DNA of 55,652 bases from Bryobacteraceae bacterium (GTDB lineage: Bacteria > Acidobacteriota > Terriglobia > Bryobacterales > Bryobacteraceae), in the NCBI GenBank assembly GCA_036502165.1, contig DASXZC010000282.1:1-55652 (forward strand). The letters are read 5' to 3'. Positions 9,719 to 19,841 of this stretch are shown here, piece by piece. Below the pieces are notes generated by a model that was given only the letters and a program-made list of their open reading frames with translations, ran no database searches and was not told the origin of the DNA. Both the position numbers and the translations under genes were made by a program. Each line of letters starts with the position of its first letter. The stretch's first letter is position 1.

Positions 9719-10201
9719 ATGCATGCCATTGCTGCTTTGAATTTGCCCCGCAGGCGGGGAATGCGGCCGAATACCAGCACTGTGTTGCCGCACAGGTTGC
9801 TTGATCAGTGGCCGCCACCGGAGCTCTTGGACCTTCTGCGTGAACGGTGCCTCGCCTTTGAGGACGTCAAGTGCCGCCATAGCCGCCTCGCGAATTCCTC
9901 AACGGCGGCGCTGTGTCTACCGGACCGGTTGGCCAACGGGCCGGTCGAGGCGTTCCTTGATGCGCATGAGTTCTGTCATTTGCATGGGGAGTCCGATGGC
10001 AGTATTCATTTGACGCTTCCGAAGGAATTGGGGGAGGCGGCGATTGCGCTCGAGTGGGCGGAACAACATCTGCTGGCGCGGGCTGGATTGCTGCCGGGGA
10101 ATGTTTTGTTGGTGTACCCTCCGCGGGATGCGGATGAACTCGAAATTGTTTTGCAGCTCGTGAAGAGTTCGTCGGAATTCGCGAGGGGATCCGAAACATG
10201 A
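9719..10201 (+). CDS. Luciferase-like domain protein (DUF5519 family)
   Basis: LPRRRGMRP N-terminus, EFCHLH..DGSIHLTLP, WAEQHLL and VYPPRDADEL match my recollection of this family. The stop overlaps the next start (ATGA). Confidence 0.7.
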   Translation: MHAIAALNLPRRRGMRPNTSTVLPHRLLDQWPPPELLDLLRERCLAFEDVKCRHSRLANSSTAALCLPDRLANGPVEAFLDAHEFCHLHGESDGSIHLTLPKELGEAAIALEWAEQHLLARAGLLPGNVLLVYPPRDADELEIVLQLVKSSSEFARGSET

Positions 10202-11904
10202 GCTACCTCGCGGGGATTTGCCATTTCGATTCCGCCGCCGCCGTTGGGATGTGCGAGGAGGATTGCGAGAATACAGCGGTCAGTCCCGCGGGGCTCGTCT
10301 GCTCGCTCGATGGGCGGCTGGACAATTGTTCGGGGCGGACTTCCATTGTGAATCGGGGGGCGCGGTGCGCGCTCGAGGCGTACGAGTTGCGGGGACTCGA
10401 TGGGCTGCGGGAGCTCTATGGCGAATGGAGCCTCGCGATCCGGGATGCGGATGGGCGCAAGGTTGTTCTCGCGACCGATTACGTGGGGACGCGTCCGCTG
10501 TATTATTGCCGGCAGGGGCGGGTGCTGCGGTGGTCCTCGTCGCTCGATCGTCTGGCGCAATTGACAGGCGCGGGGTCCGAGCTCGATCCCCAGTATGCTG
10601 CGGAGTTTCTGGCGTTCGGATCGTCGCTCGAGCGCACTCCTTATCCGGAGATCCGCGCGGTGCGGCCGGGAGTGGCGCTCGAGTTCTCGGCGTCTACGAT
10701 GCGGCAGACGGAGTTGTGGGCTCCGCCGGTGGGGCGGACGATCACGTACAAAGATCCGCGGGAGTACGCGGAACATTTGTATTCGCTGTTCGAGGAGGCC
10801 GTGAGCTTGCGGGTGCAGACTTCGCAGCCGGTGTTTGCGGAGTTCAGCGGCGGGCTCGATTCGTCATCGGTGGCGGCGATGGCGGCGAGGCTTGTGAGGG
10901 AGTCGAAGACGCCGTGTCCGAAGATCGTTACCGTGAGTTATCGGCAGGCGGGTTCGACGGACGAAGCCTTTATTGATTCCGGGATTGATTCCCGGATTGA
11001 TTCCCAATTTGGAGGCGGGCGCGGGTGCGAATCGCTCGATGTGGATTTAGACGAGCGGTCGGCGGCGTGCGCGGGAGAGTTGGGTTTTGGAGCTCCTCGG
11101 ATGTGGCAGCCCCGATTTGCCGGTGTGGCTCGGCATCTCGGGGTTTCGGGGAGTGAAGTGCTGCTGACCGGGCAGCTCGGGGATTTGACGATGTCCAATT
11201 TCGTGGACGATTCCGAGCAGGTGGGGGATCGGTTCATGCGCTGGGACTTGGGCGGCGCGTGGAGGGAGGCGATGCAGTGGAGCCGCAGTTTGCGGCGGCC
11301 GGTGTTTGGGATCCTGGCGCAGGGGTTGCGATTGGCGGTGGCGGGTGGGCAGCGTCCGAATGAGTCTCGTCCGGAGGTTTGGCGGGAGTGCGAGCCGTCG
11401 CGGCGGAAGCGATTTCTGGCTTTGCGGAGCGTCATTGAATCGCGTTCGCTGCAGTGTCCGGAGGCGTTGCAGGATTTTGAGGTGAGTCATCCGTTCGCGC
11501 ATCGGCCGCTGGTCGAATACGTTCTGCGCATTCCTTCGGAGGTGACGTGCAGGCCGGGAGAGCCGCGGCGGCTGATGCGGCAAAGTTTCGCGAGCCTGTT
11601 GCCGCCGGCGATATTGAATCGGCGATCGAAGGCGGCGTTCACCGGATTGATCCACGCGGGGTTGCGGCCGATCATGCGCGCGATTGTGGATGGCGGTGTG
11701 CGGAACATGCGGCTGGCGGAAATGAATTTCGTGGATCCGGTGAGTGTTGGGGAACGGATCGAGTTGCTGCATCACGGGCTCGAATGCGGTGAGGATCAAC
11801 TGCGGCGGATCCTGTTGCTGGAGCAGTGGGTGCGGGATCGGGAGGCGGGGTCCGCGCGGAGATCGCGTAAGGTTTCCAAAGATCTCGCGAAGGTTTCTTT
11901 TTGA
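10198..11904 (+). CDS. Lasso peptide cyclase (asparagine synthetase-like C protein)
   Basis: DYVGTRPLYY, ATP-binding SGGLDSS, LLTGQLGD, HPFAHRPLVE and NRRSKA. It lacks the N-terminal catalytic Cys of AsnB (MSYLAGI), and B1, B2 and a precursor lie nearby. Confidence 0.82.
   Translation: MSYLAGICHFDSAAAVGMCEEDCENTAVSPAGLVCSLDGRLDNCSGRTSIVNRGARCALEAYELRGLDGLRELYGEWSLAIRDADGRKVVLATDYVGTRPLYYCRQGRVLRWSSSLDRLAQLTGAGSELDPQYAAEFLAFGSSLERTPYPEIRAVRPGVALEFSASTMRQTELWAPPVGRTITYKDPREYAEHLYSLFEEAVSLRVQTSQPVFAEFSGGLDSSSVAAMAARLVRESKTPCPKIVTVSYRQAGSTDEAFIDSGIDSRIDSQFGGGRGCESLDVDLDERSAACAGELGFGAPRMWQPRFAGVARHLGVSGSEVLLTGQLGDLTMSNFVDDSEQVGDRFMRWDLGGAWREAMQWSRSLRRPVFGILAQGLRLAVAGGQRPNESRPEVWRECEPSRRKRFLALRSVIESRSLQCPEALQDFEVSHPFAHRPLVEYVLRIPSEVTCRPGEPRRLMRQSFASLLPPAILNRRSKAAFTGLIHAGLRPIMRAIVDGGVRNMRLAEMNFVDPVSVGERIELLHHGLECGEDQLRRILLLEQWVRDREAGSARRSRKVSKDLAKVSF
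10972..11007 (+). repeat. Three-copy 12-bp tandem repeat inside the cyclase (IDSG-IDSR-IDSQ)
   Basis: ATTGATTCCGGG ATTGATTCCCGG ATTGATTCCCAA read directly from the sequence. Confidence 0.85.
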
Positions 11905-11907
11905 CCC

Positions 11908-14832
11908 TTACAGTTTCGTCCGTGGGAATCGGACTTCGATCCGGGTGCCTTGGCCGGGGGCGCTTGTGACGTTGAATACGGCGCCGATTTCTTTGGCGCG
12001 CTCGCTCATGCCAACCATGCCATAGTGGTTTTCTTTGGCGAAACCCTCTTCGGTGTCGAAGCCTTGGCCATCGTCTTCGACGGTTAGTGTTGGGCCTCCG
12101 CCATTCCGGCGTGAAACCGTAACCGCGATGTGGCGCGCATGCCCGTGGCCGACGGCGTTGCGGACGGCTTCGCGAGCGATCATGTAGAGCGTGCCTTTGA
12201 TTTCAGGCGAGAGATCACGCACGCCGTCTTCGACAACGACCTTGACCGACGCACCGGAATTCTCGGCGAGGCCGCGGCAGGCCGATTCGAGCGCCTTGAA
12301 AATTTCGCCATGTTCGAGGGCTTCCAGGCGTAAAAACTGGATCGCATTGCGGGCTTCGAGGAGCGATGCCTCTGCCTCGACGATCGCCGCGTCGAGGTTT
12401 TTCTGACTCGGTTCCGGCGCGGCGATCATCTGGCGGGAGACGACCTCGAGTTTGTACGTGATGCCGGCGAAGCCCTGGAGGAGTGTGTCGTGGAGTTCGC
12501 GGGCGACGCGCATACGCTCGCGCATCACGAGCTGAAAACGGCCGCGTAGCTGGCGCATCCGCACTTGGTAGGCGCCGGCGACGAGCGCGAGTAACCCGAT
12601 CATGATGGCGATCATGAACCACCAGGTCTGGTAGAAGTACGGCAGCACTTCAAGCGCCTGGCAGGTTTCAGGGCCGTCCCACTCCTGGCCCGGCAGGGCG
12701 GCGGTTACACAGAAGTGATAGTGACCCGGGCCCATGTTCGCGTACGCGGTCTGGCGGCGTGTGCCGGCGTCGAGCCAGTTCTGCTGAAATCCCTCCATTT
12801 TGTAGCGGAAACGTATGGCTTCGGGTTGGCCCATTTCGGGGAGCGTATATTCGAAGCCCACTTCGTGGCCCTGAAATTTGGCTTCGCCGGAAGCGGGCAA
12901 CGCGAGTGCATGGCCGTCGACGCTGACGGTTTCAATCGCCGGAGGGACTAGCGGTTTCACGTCGGCTGGGGAGTGTTTGGGATCGACAATGACGACCCCT
13001 TCGTCGGTCGCAATCCAAATCTCTCCGGATCGCGAGAGTGCCATCTTGGGTCCGCCAGTGCGGCCTTGGTCGCCGAGGTGGAGGCCGCCGCCGATGATCT
13101 CGACCGTGGGGTCCTGGTCCGGCTTTGCAAACGTCAGCCGCACAAGAACGTTCGAAGTCGCGATCCAGACAATTCCCCGGGCATCTTCGACTACACCCAG
13201 CACGGGTTCATCGCGCCAGAGGTTGCGCCGGTAGAAGCTCCAATGCCGGCCGTGCAACCGGTGCAGACCGTCGGCGGTAGCGACCCAGAGGGATCCGTCG
13301 CGGGACGACATACAAAGAGCGTTGACCGCCGTGCCGGGCTTCGAATCCGGAATGCTGATTGTCGTCGAGAGACCGCCAGATAAACGCGTCAGGCCGCCGC
13401 GATAATGGCCGAGCCACAACGAGCCGTCGGCTGCGGGGACCATTTGATACAGATCCTTGTCGCGCGTTACGGAGGCGTCGAGCGCGACGGGAACAACTTG
13501 ACCATCCGCCGCGCGGAACAATTCGCTGAGGTCGTTGAGGATCCACACGGCGCCGCCGCTCTCCGCAAGGCTGAGAACACGAGGCAACACGTGTCCTTGA
13601 TTGTCTTTGACCGGCGTGAAGTGTCCGTTCTCACCGCGCATCAGGCCGCCGGTGGTGGCGACCCATTCGCGGTGCGACGAGTCCTCGAGCAGGGATTCGA
13701 TCGTCGGACGCGGAAAGCCGGACTTTTGGTCGTAGACCGTGGTCGATTGGCCGAGAATGCGATCGACTCCGGCACCGGCCGTGCCGACCCACATCGCGCC
13801 GTCGGAAGAAGGTGCGACTGTCGTGACGACATCGCCTGAGAGACCTTCGAACACCGTGCGGCGCGGTAGCGGAAAGTCACGAAATCGATCGAGTCCGCCG
13901 GATGTGGCGGTCCAAAGATCGCCCTCCCGATCCATGAAAAGAGCCGCAATCAGATCTCCCGTCAATCCCTGGCGGCGGCCGAAGGTGTCGATGGTGGTTC
14001 CGCGGAGGCGCGCGAGTCCACGGCCGACGGAGGCGAACCAGGTGACCCCTTTCGAGTCCGTGAGCATCGTGCGAGGCAGGGCTGGCGCAGTTTCACGAGT
14101 GATTGGCGCTAAATGTTCGCCGTCGAACGCGAGCAGCGCGCCGGATGTGCTGTCGGAGAGAATGAGCCTGTGGTCGGGCAGCTCGGAAATGGTCGCGGGC
14201 TTGACGGCGCCCGTTCCAAAGCAATGAATTCCGGTTACATTGACCTGGCAGGGGCCGGTCGCGCCGCCTAGCCAGAGGCGGTGGCGGGAGTCCTCGAACA
14301 GGTTGGCGGTGATCTGGGGGGGAAGTCCTTGGGCCTTGCTGTAGAACTGCACCTGGTCGCCGGAAATCCGAATCAGCGTGCTTTTTTGAGAGGCCCAAAC
14401 CACTCCGCGGCTGTCCTCGAGAAGATCGGTGACGGCTCCTGCGGGGATCTGGCGCGGGAGGACGGGCTGCGGCGCCGAGCGGCTGTTTGAAATCCGAAGG
14501 ATTCCGGATGCTGTCCCGATCCACAGGCTGCCATCGCGGGCCGACATCAGCGATCGAACGCTCATGTTGACGGGCTCGTGATCCCCGGGCGAAGTATAGG
14601 GCTGGAAGCGAACGCCGTCGTAGCGGTATAAGCCCGCGTTTGTTCCGAGCCATAAATATCCGTCGTTGGTTTGATCGATCGAGGAAATCGTTCCCGAAAT
14701 AAATCCGCTGGAGTATAGCCAGCTCGAATGGGAGAACTGGGAGAGCTCGAGCGAGGGATCGAGGGCGAGCAGGTTGCAGGATGCCGCCGCCAACAGGACG
14801 TAAATCGACCGCAACTTTTGCGCGGATCCCAT
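11908..14832 (-). CDS. Sensor histidine kinase with periplasmic beta-propeller (Reg_prop), Y_Y_Y, HisKA_3 and HATPase_c domains
   Basis: Signal peptide, repeated DGxLWIGT-type blades, FRYKMEG...YANMGPGHYHF, one TM helix, ERMRVARELHDTLLQG, EAVRNA, DDGQGF and GMVGMSER. Confidence 0.93.
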   Translation of the reverse strand: MGSAQKLRSIYVLLAAASCNLLALDPSLELSQFSHSSWLYSSGFISGTISSIDQTNDGYLWLGTNAGLYRYDGVRFQPYTSPGDHEPVNMSVRSLMSARDGSLWIGTASGILRISNSRSAPQPVLPRQIPAGAVTDLLEDSRGVVWASQKSTLIRISGDQVQFYSKAQGLPPQITANLFEDSRHRLWLGGATGPCQVNVTGIHCFGTGAVKPATISELPDHRLILSDSTSGALLAFDGEHLAPITRETAPALPRTMLTDSKGVTWFASVGRGLARLRGTTIDTFGRRQGLTGDLIAALFMDREGDLWTATSGGLDRFRDFPLPRRTVFEGLSGDVVTTVAPSSDGAMWVGTAGAGVDRILGQSTTVYDQKSGFPRPTIESLLEDSSHREWVATTGGLMRGENGHFTPVKDNQGHVLPRVLSLAESGGAVWILNDLSELFRAADGQVVPVALDASVTRDKDLYQMVPAADGSLWLGHYRGGLTRLSGGLSTTISIPDSKPGTAVNALCMSSRDGSLWVATADGLHRLHGRHWSFYRRNLWRDEPVLGVVEDARGIVWIATSNVLVRLTFAKPDQDPTVEIIGGGLHLGDQGRTGGPKMALSRSGEIWIATDEGVVIVDPKHSPADVKPLVPPAIETVSVDGHALALPASGEAKFQGHEVGFEYTLPEMGQPEAIRFRYKMEGFQQNWLDAGTRRQTAYANMGPGHYHFCVTAALPGQEWDGPETCQALEVLPYFYQTWWFMIAIMIGLLALVAGAYQVRMRQLRGRFQLVMRERMRVARELHDTLLQGFAGITYKLEVVSRQMIAAPEPSQKNLDAAIVEAEASLLEARNAIQFLRLEALEHGEIFKALESACRGLAENSGASVKVVVEDGVRDLSPEIKGTLYMIAREAVRNAVGHGHARHIAVTVSRRNGGGPTLTVEDDGQGFDTEEGFAKENHYGMVGMSERAKEIGAVFNVTSAPGQGTRIEVRFPRTKL

Positions 14833-15042
14833 TTTCCCTATGACTATATCAGGATTTACCGGAATCGCCCGGGCGATCGGCGCATTTGCAGTATGGTTGC
14901 CTGCCTGTTCCGCAGCACTGCCGGATACCTAAAAGGCGGGGCTCGAGATAGTCAATTCTAACGATGTATGGAAAATGGAACTTCGTTAGTATCAAAGACA
15001 CAGTAAGAGTGGCTAGCGCGGAAGTAAAAAGGAGATACTAAC

Positions 15043-15318
15043 GTGTGGAAATGTGGAAATACGCGTGTGCTATCGCCGGAAGTTGTTCGTACGGCTCATG
15101 CTGAGGGAGTCGTGTTGCTCGACCGCCGGAGCGGGCGCCTGTTCGCGGCGAACCGGATCGGGGCGGAGATCCTGAATGGAGTCGAGGCGCACTGCGGCAG
15201 CGACGCGATCGCGGCCGGGTTGTGTGAAAAATACGGCGTGCCGCTCGATCGGGCGAAGGCGGACACATCCGCATTTCTCAACGCGTTGGCGGCGCGCGGG
15301 CTGGCCGGCGATGCGTGA
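15043..15318 (+). CDS. PqqD-family RiPP recognition element (lasso B1/E protein)
   Basis: AGGAG then GTG. VLLDRRSGRLFAANRIGAEI...LCEKYGV...DTSAFLNALAARGL fits the PqqD/RRE pattern. Confidence 0.85.
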   Translation: MWKCGNTRVLSPEVVRTAHAEGVVLLDRRSGRLFAANRIGAEILNGVEAHCGSDAIAAGLCEKYGVPLDRAKADTSAFLNALAARGLAGDA

Positions 15319-15685
15319 CAGACAGATCGAGTGGCTGTGCGTGTGGGAGTTGATCCGGTTCGAAGTACGCGGGGCGCTGTTCGGATATCGTGCAATTGCT
15401 GGGGATTTGGGCTGTGTGCGGGATGTTCGAGCGGCTGGCGTTGAGGCGCGGGTCGAGCGAGCCTTTGCGAACGTTGTCGCGTTTTATCCGCGAACGGTTC
15501 TATGCCTGCAATCCTCGGTGGCGACAGCGCGCGTATTGCGACGGCTGGGGGTCGCCGCGGAGGTGATCATCGGATTTCGTCCCTCGCCATTCCTTGGGCA
15601 TGCGTGGGTCGAAGTTGGTGGGCGAGTTGTCAACGACAGCTCCGGGATTCCGAGGATGATGCTGGTCCTCGATCGGCTTTCCTAA
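15311..15685 (+). CDS. Lasso peptide leader protease (B2, transglutaminase-like)
   Basis: CLQSS...IIGFRPSPFLGHAWVEVGGRVVND carries the Cys/His/Asp pattern. ATG 15311 overlaps the end of B1. Confidence 0.88.
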   Translation: MRDRQIEWLCVWELIRFEVRGALFGYRAIAGDLGCVRDVRAAGVEARVERAFANVVAFYPRTVLCLQSSVATARVLRRLGVAAEVIIGFRPSPFLGHAWVEVGGRVVNDSSGIPRMMLVLDRLS

Positions 15686-15761
15686 TGGGATGGTTCCTTT
15701 TCAAATGGAAAGGGGCGTCCTCACCAATCCAAATCCAACAATAGTTTAGGAGATTACGAAA

Positions 15762-15905
15762 ATGTACGAAAGACCCACGCTGTTTGAGATCGGCGACGCT
15801 ATGACTGAGATTCAAGGTCTGGCTTCGATAGGCGATGACTTGGACGGCCACTTCATCTCAGGCGTTTTTGAATTCGGCGCGGACTCGGCCGATATTTCGG
15901 ACTAG
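15762..15905 (+). CDS. Lasso peptide precursor, 47 aa: MYERPTLFEIGDAMTEIQ-GLASIGDDLDGHFISGVFEFGADSADISD
   Basis: Translated by hand (not in the ORF track). AGGAG at 15748-15752, YxxPxL leader motif, Gly-initiated core with Asp at positions 7 and 8, directly downstream of B2. Confidence 0.85.
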   Translation: MYERPTLFEIGDAMTEIQGLASIGDDLDGHFISGVFEFGADSADISD

Positions 15906-15906
15906 T

Positions 15907-16536
15907 TCACAAACGGATAATGCCGCGGCGCATGGCAGTGGTTACGGCCTCTGTCCGGTCCGCGGCATTCAATTTTTGCATGATGTGTTTGACGTGGACG
16001 TTGACGGTGGTCTCGGAGATGAGAAGCTCGAATGCGACTTCCTTGTTCTTCCGGCCGACGGCGACCAGCTTCAGAACTTCGATTTCGCGGGCGCTGAGAT
16101 CGGAGCGGGGGAAAGCTTCGGCGAGGCAGCGGCCGACTTCGGGGGCGATAAACTGGCGTCCGCCGTGGACGGCGCGGATGGCCTGAATCAATTCGCGGCG
16201 GGCGGTGTCTTTGAATAGATATCCTCGGGCGCCGGCTTCCATGGCGCGGTAAATATCCTCGTCGCCTGAGGAGCCCGTCAGAATGATGACTTGCACGTCG
16301 TGGGACTTGGCGGCGATTTTCCGGGTCACCTCGATGCCGCTCATGTCGGGGAGGATCAGGTCGACCACCATGACATCGGGCTTTCGTTCGTCGAACATGC
16401 GGAGCACTTCGGCTCCGGTGGCGGCGCTGCCGGAGACGATCATGTCATCCTCGAGGGAAATCATCGACGCCAGACCGTCGCGGACGACCGGATGATCGTC
16501 GACGAGCAGGACTTTGATCGGCTCACTCGTAGTCAC
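15907..16536 (-). CDS. NarL/LuxR-family response regulator
   Basis: LLVDDHPVVR, phospho-acceptor region VVDLILPD, GYLFK and LSAREIEVL..G..NKEVA HTH. GTG start at 16536 is preceded by GGAGG. Confidence 0.93.
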   Translation of the reverse strand: MTTSEPIKVLLVDDHPVVRDGLASMISLEDDMIVSGSAATGAEVLRMFDERKPDVMVVDLILPDMSGIEVTRKIAAKSHDVQVIILTGSSGDEDIYRAMEAGARGYLFKDTARRELIQAIRAVHGGRQFIAPEVGRCLAEAFPRSDLSAREIEVLKLVAVGRKNKEVAFELLISETTVNVHVKHIMQKLNAADRTEAVTTAMRRGIIRL

Positions 16537-16678
16537 CTGAAATCCTCCAGCGTACCCAAGTATATGTGAAGTGGAACTGCGCGGCGACGGTTCGCGATTA
16601 GAGGTTTTGGCGGGAGTGGCAGAAAATACGGAGGGGATTGGCGATCCGCGCCATTGCGGCGGCTTGATCATAGGCCGG

Positions 16679-17275
16679 TCAGGTGGGCCAAGCGATGTTC
16701 CTGCGAAAGTCAGCGTGCGCGAGAAGTTCTGGTGGCGGACTGTATCCCGGGACGGTCACGAGCGCGACTTGAAGTCCGGCTCGCCGGGCGTGTTTCATCG
16801 CTGGGATGCAATCGGTGTCATTTGTAGCTAGAGCGATCACATCAATGGCTCTGGTCGCCGAGATCGACGCCATATCCAACCCGATTCTCATATCTACACC
16901 CTTCTGCTCGAATTTAGCTTCGAAGTCCGAATCCGTGAGGGGCACGGTCGGAGTGAAGGGAATTTTTGCCTTCCTCAGAACGAAACCGCGGAACTTCAGA
17001 ACGCCCACGCGTACTGCGAAGAGATCCTTTCGAGACAGCTCATGAAGCCACGCGTCCGATCCGGCGAATGTCTTCTTGGTGCCTGATACGGGAAGTGTGG
17101 CGTCTCCGTTATAGGGAGCGCAATCGTAATACAAGATGCGGTGAATTACTTCGTCGGCTGTGGCGCAAGCGTGGCCGAGCTTCTCGATATAGTCGGGAAT
17201 GAACGTCTTCTTCGCTTTTCTCGCGTAGGAGCGAAGATGACCACCATCCATAAGGACTGCAACCTTTTGCTTCAT
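16679..17275 (-). CDS. NYN domain protein (PIN-like ribonuclease, LabA/DUF88 family)
   Basis: VLMDGG, YYDC, EQKGVDMRIGLD and TNDTDCIP acidic motifs. Confidence 0.88.
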   Translation of the reverse strand: MKQKVAVLMDGGHLRSYARKAKKTFIPDYIEKLGHACATADEVIHRILYYDCAPYNGDATLPVSGTKKTFAGSDAWLHELSRKDLFAVRVGVLKFRGFVLRKAKIPFTPTVPLTDSDFEAKFEQKGVDMRIGLDMASISATRAIDVIALATNDTDCIPAMKHARRAGLQVALVTVPGYSPPPELLAHADFRRNIAWPT

Positions 17276-17286
17276 GCAAATGATGA

Positions 17287-17371
17287 AGGCCCAAGAAGTT
17301 TCCTCCCTGGGCCTGTATAGTGCCCGCCTACGGGCGTATCGGATAAACTTCAGCGGCCCAAAGTGCCGCTG
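17287..17371 (-). ncRNA. Candidate structured leader/ncRNA upstream of the NYN gene (three hairpins)
   Basis: Minus strand: CAGCGGC/GCCGCUG, then GCCCG-UAGG-CGGGC, then the 12-bp AGGCCCAGGGAG-GAAA-CUUCUUGGGCCU. Confidence 0.45.
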
Positions 17372-17376
17372 CTACC

Positions 17377-17405
17377 AGTGTACTATAAAGCCGGTTCCGT
17401 GGGAA
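17377..17405 (-). promoter_or_regulatory. Sigma70-like promoter (TTCCCA-N17-TACACT) for the NYN leader
   Basis: The two hexamers with a 17-nt spacer end 5 nt before the first hairpin. Confidence 0.45.
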
Positions 17406-17415
17406 GCCACAACGC

Positions 17416-19818
<2,403 letters not shown>

Positions 19819-19841
19819 CGTAGCTTGCAGTCTAGCTGGAA

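Noticed and set aside
10198-11904. Annotation as housekeeping asparagine synthetase AsnB
   Set aside because: It lacks the N-terminal catalytic Cys, and RRE, B2 protease and precursor genes lie nearby, so lasso cyclase fits better.
14925-14940. ATACCTAAAAGGCGGG as the NarL-type regulator site
   Set aside because: I could not find a convincing second copy upstream of the cyclase operon or the regulator.
15043-15318. PqqD as part of PQQ biosynthesis for the nearby PQQ dehydrogenase
   Set aside because: No pqqA/B/C/E genes are present, and the gene overlaps a lasso B2 protease.
15685-15744. 19-aa ORF MGWFLFKWKGASSPIQIQQ overlapping the B2 stop, as a second precursor
   Set aside because: It has no leader motif or acceptor Asp/Glu and coincides with a hairpin, so it is probably incidental.
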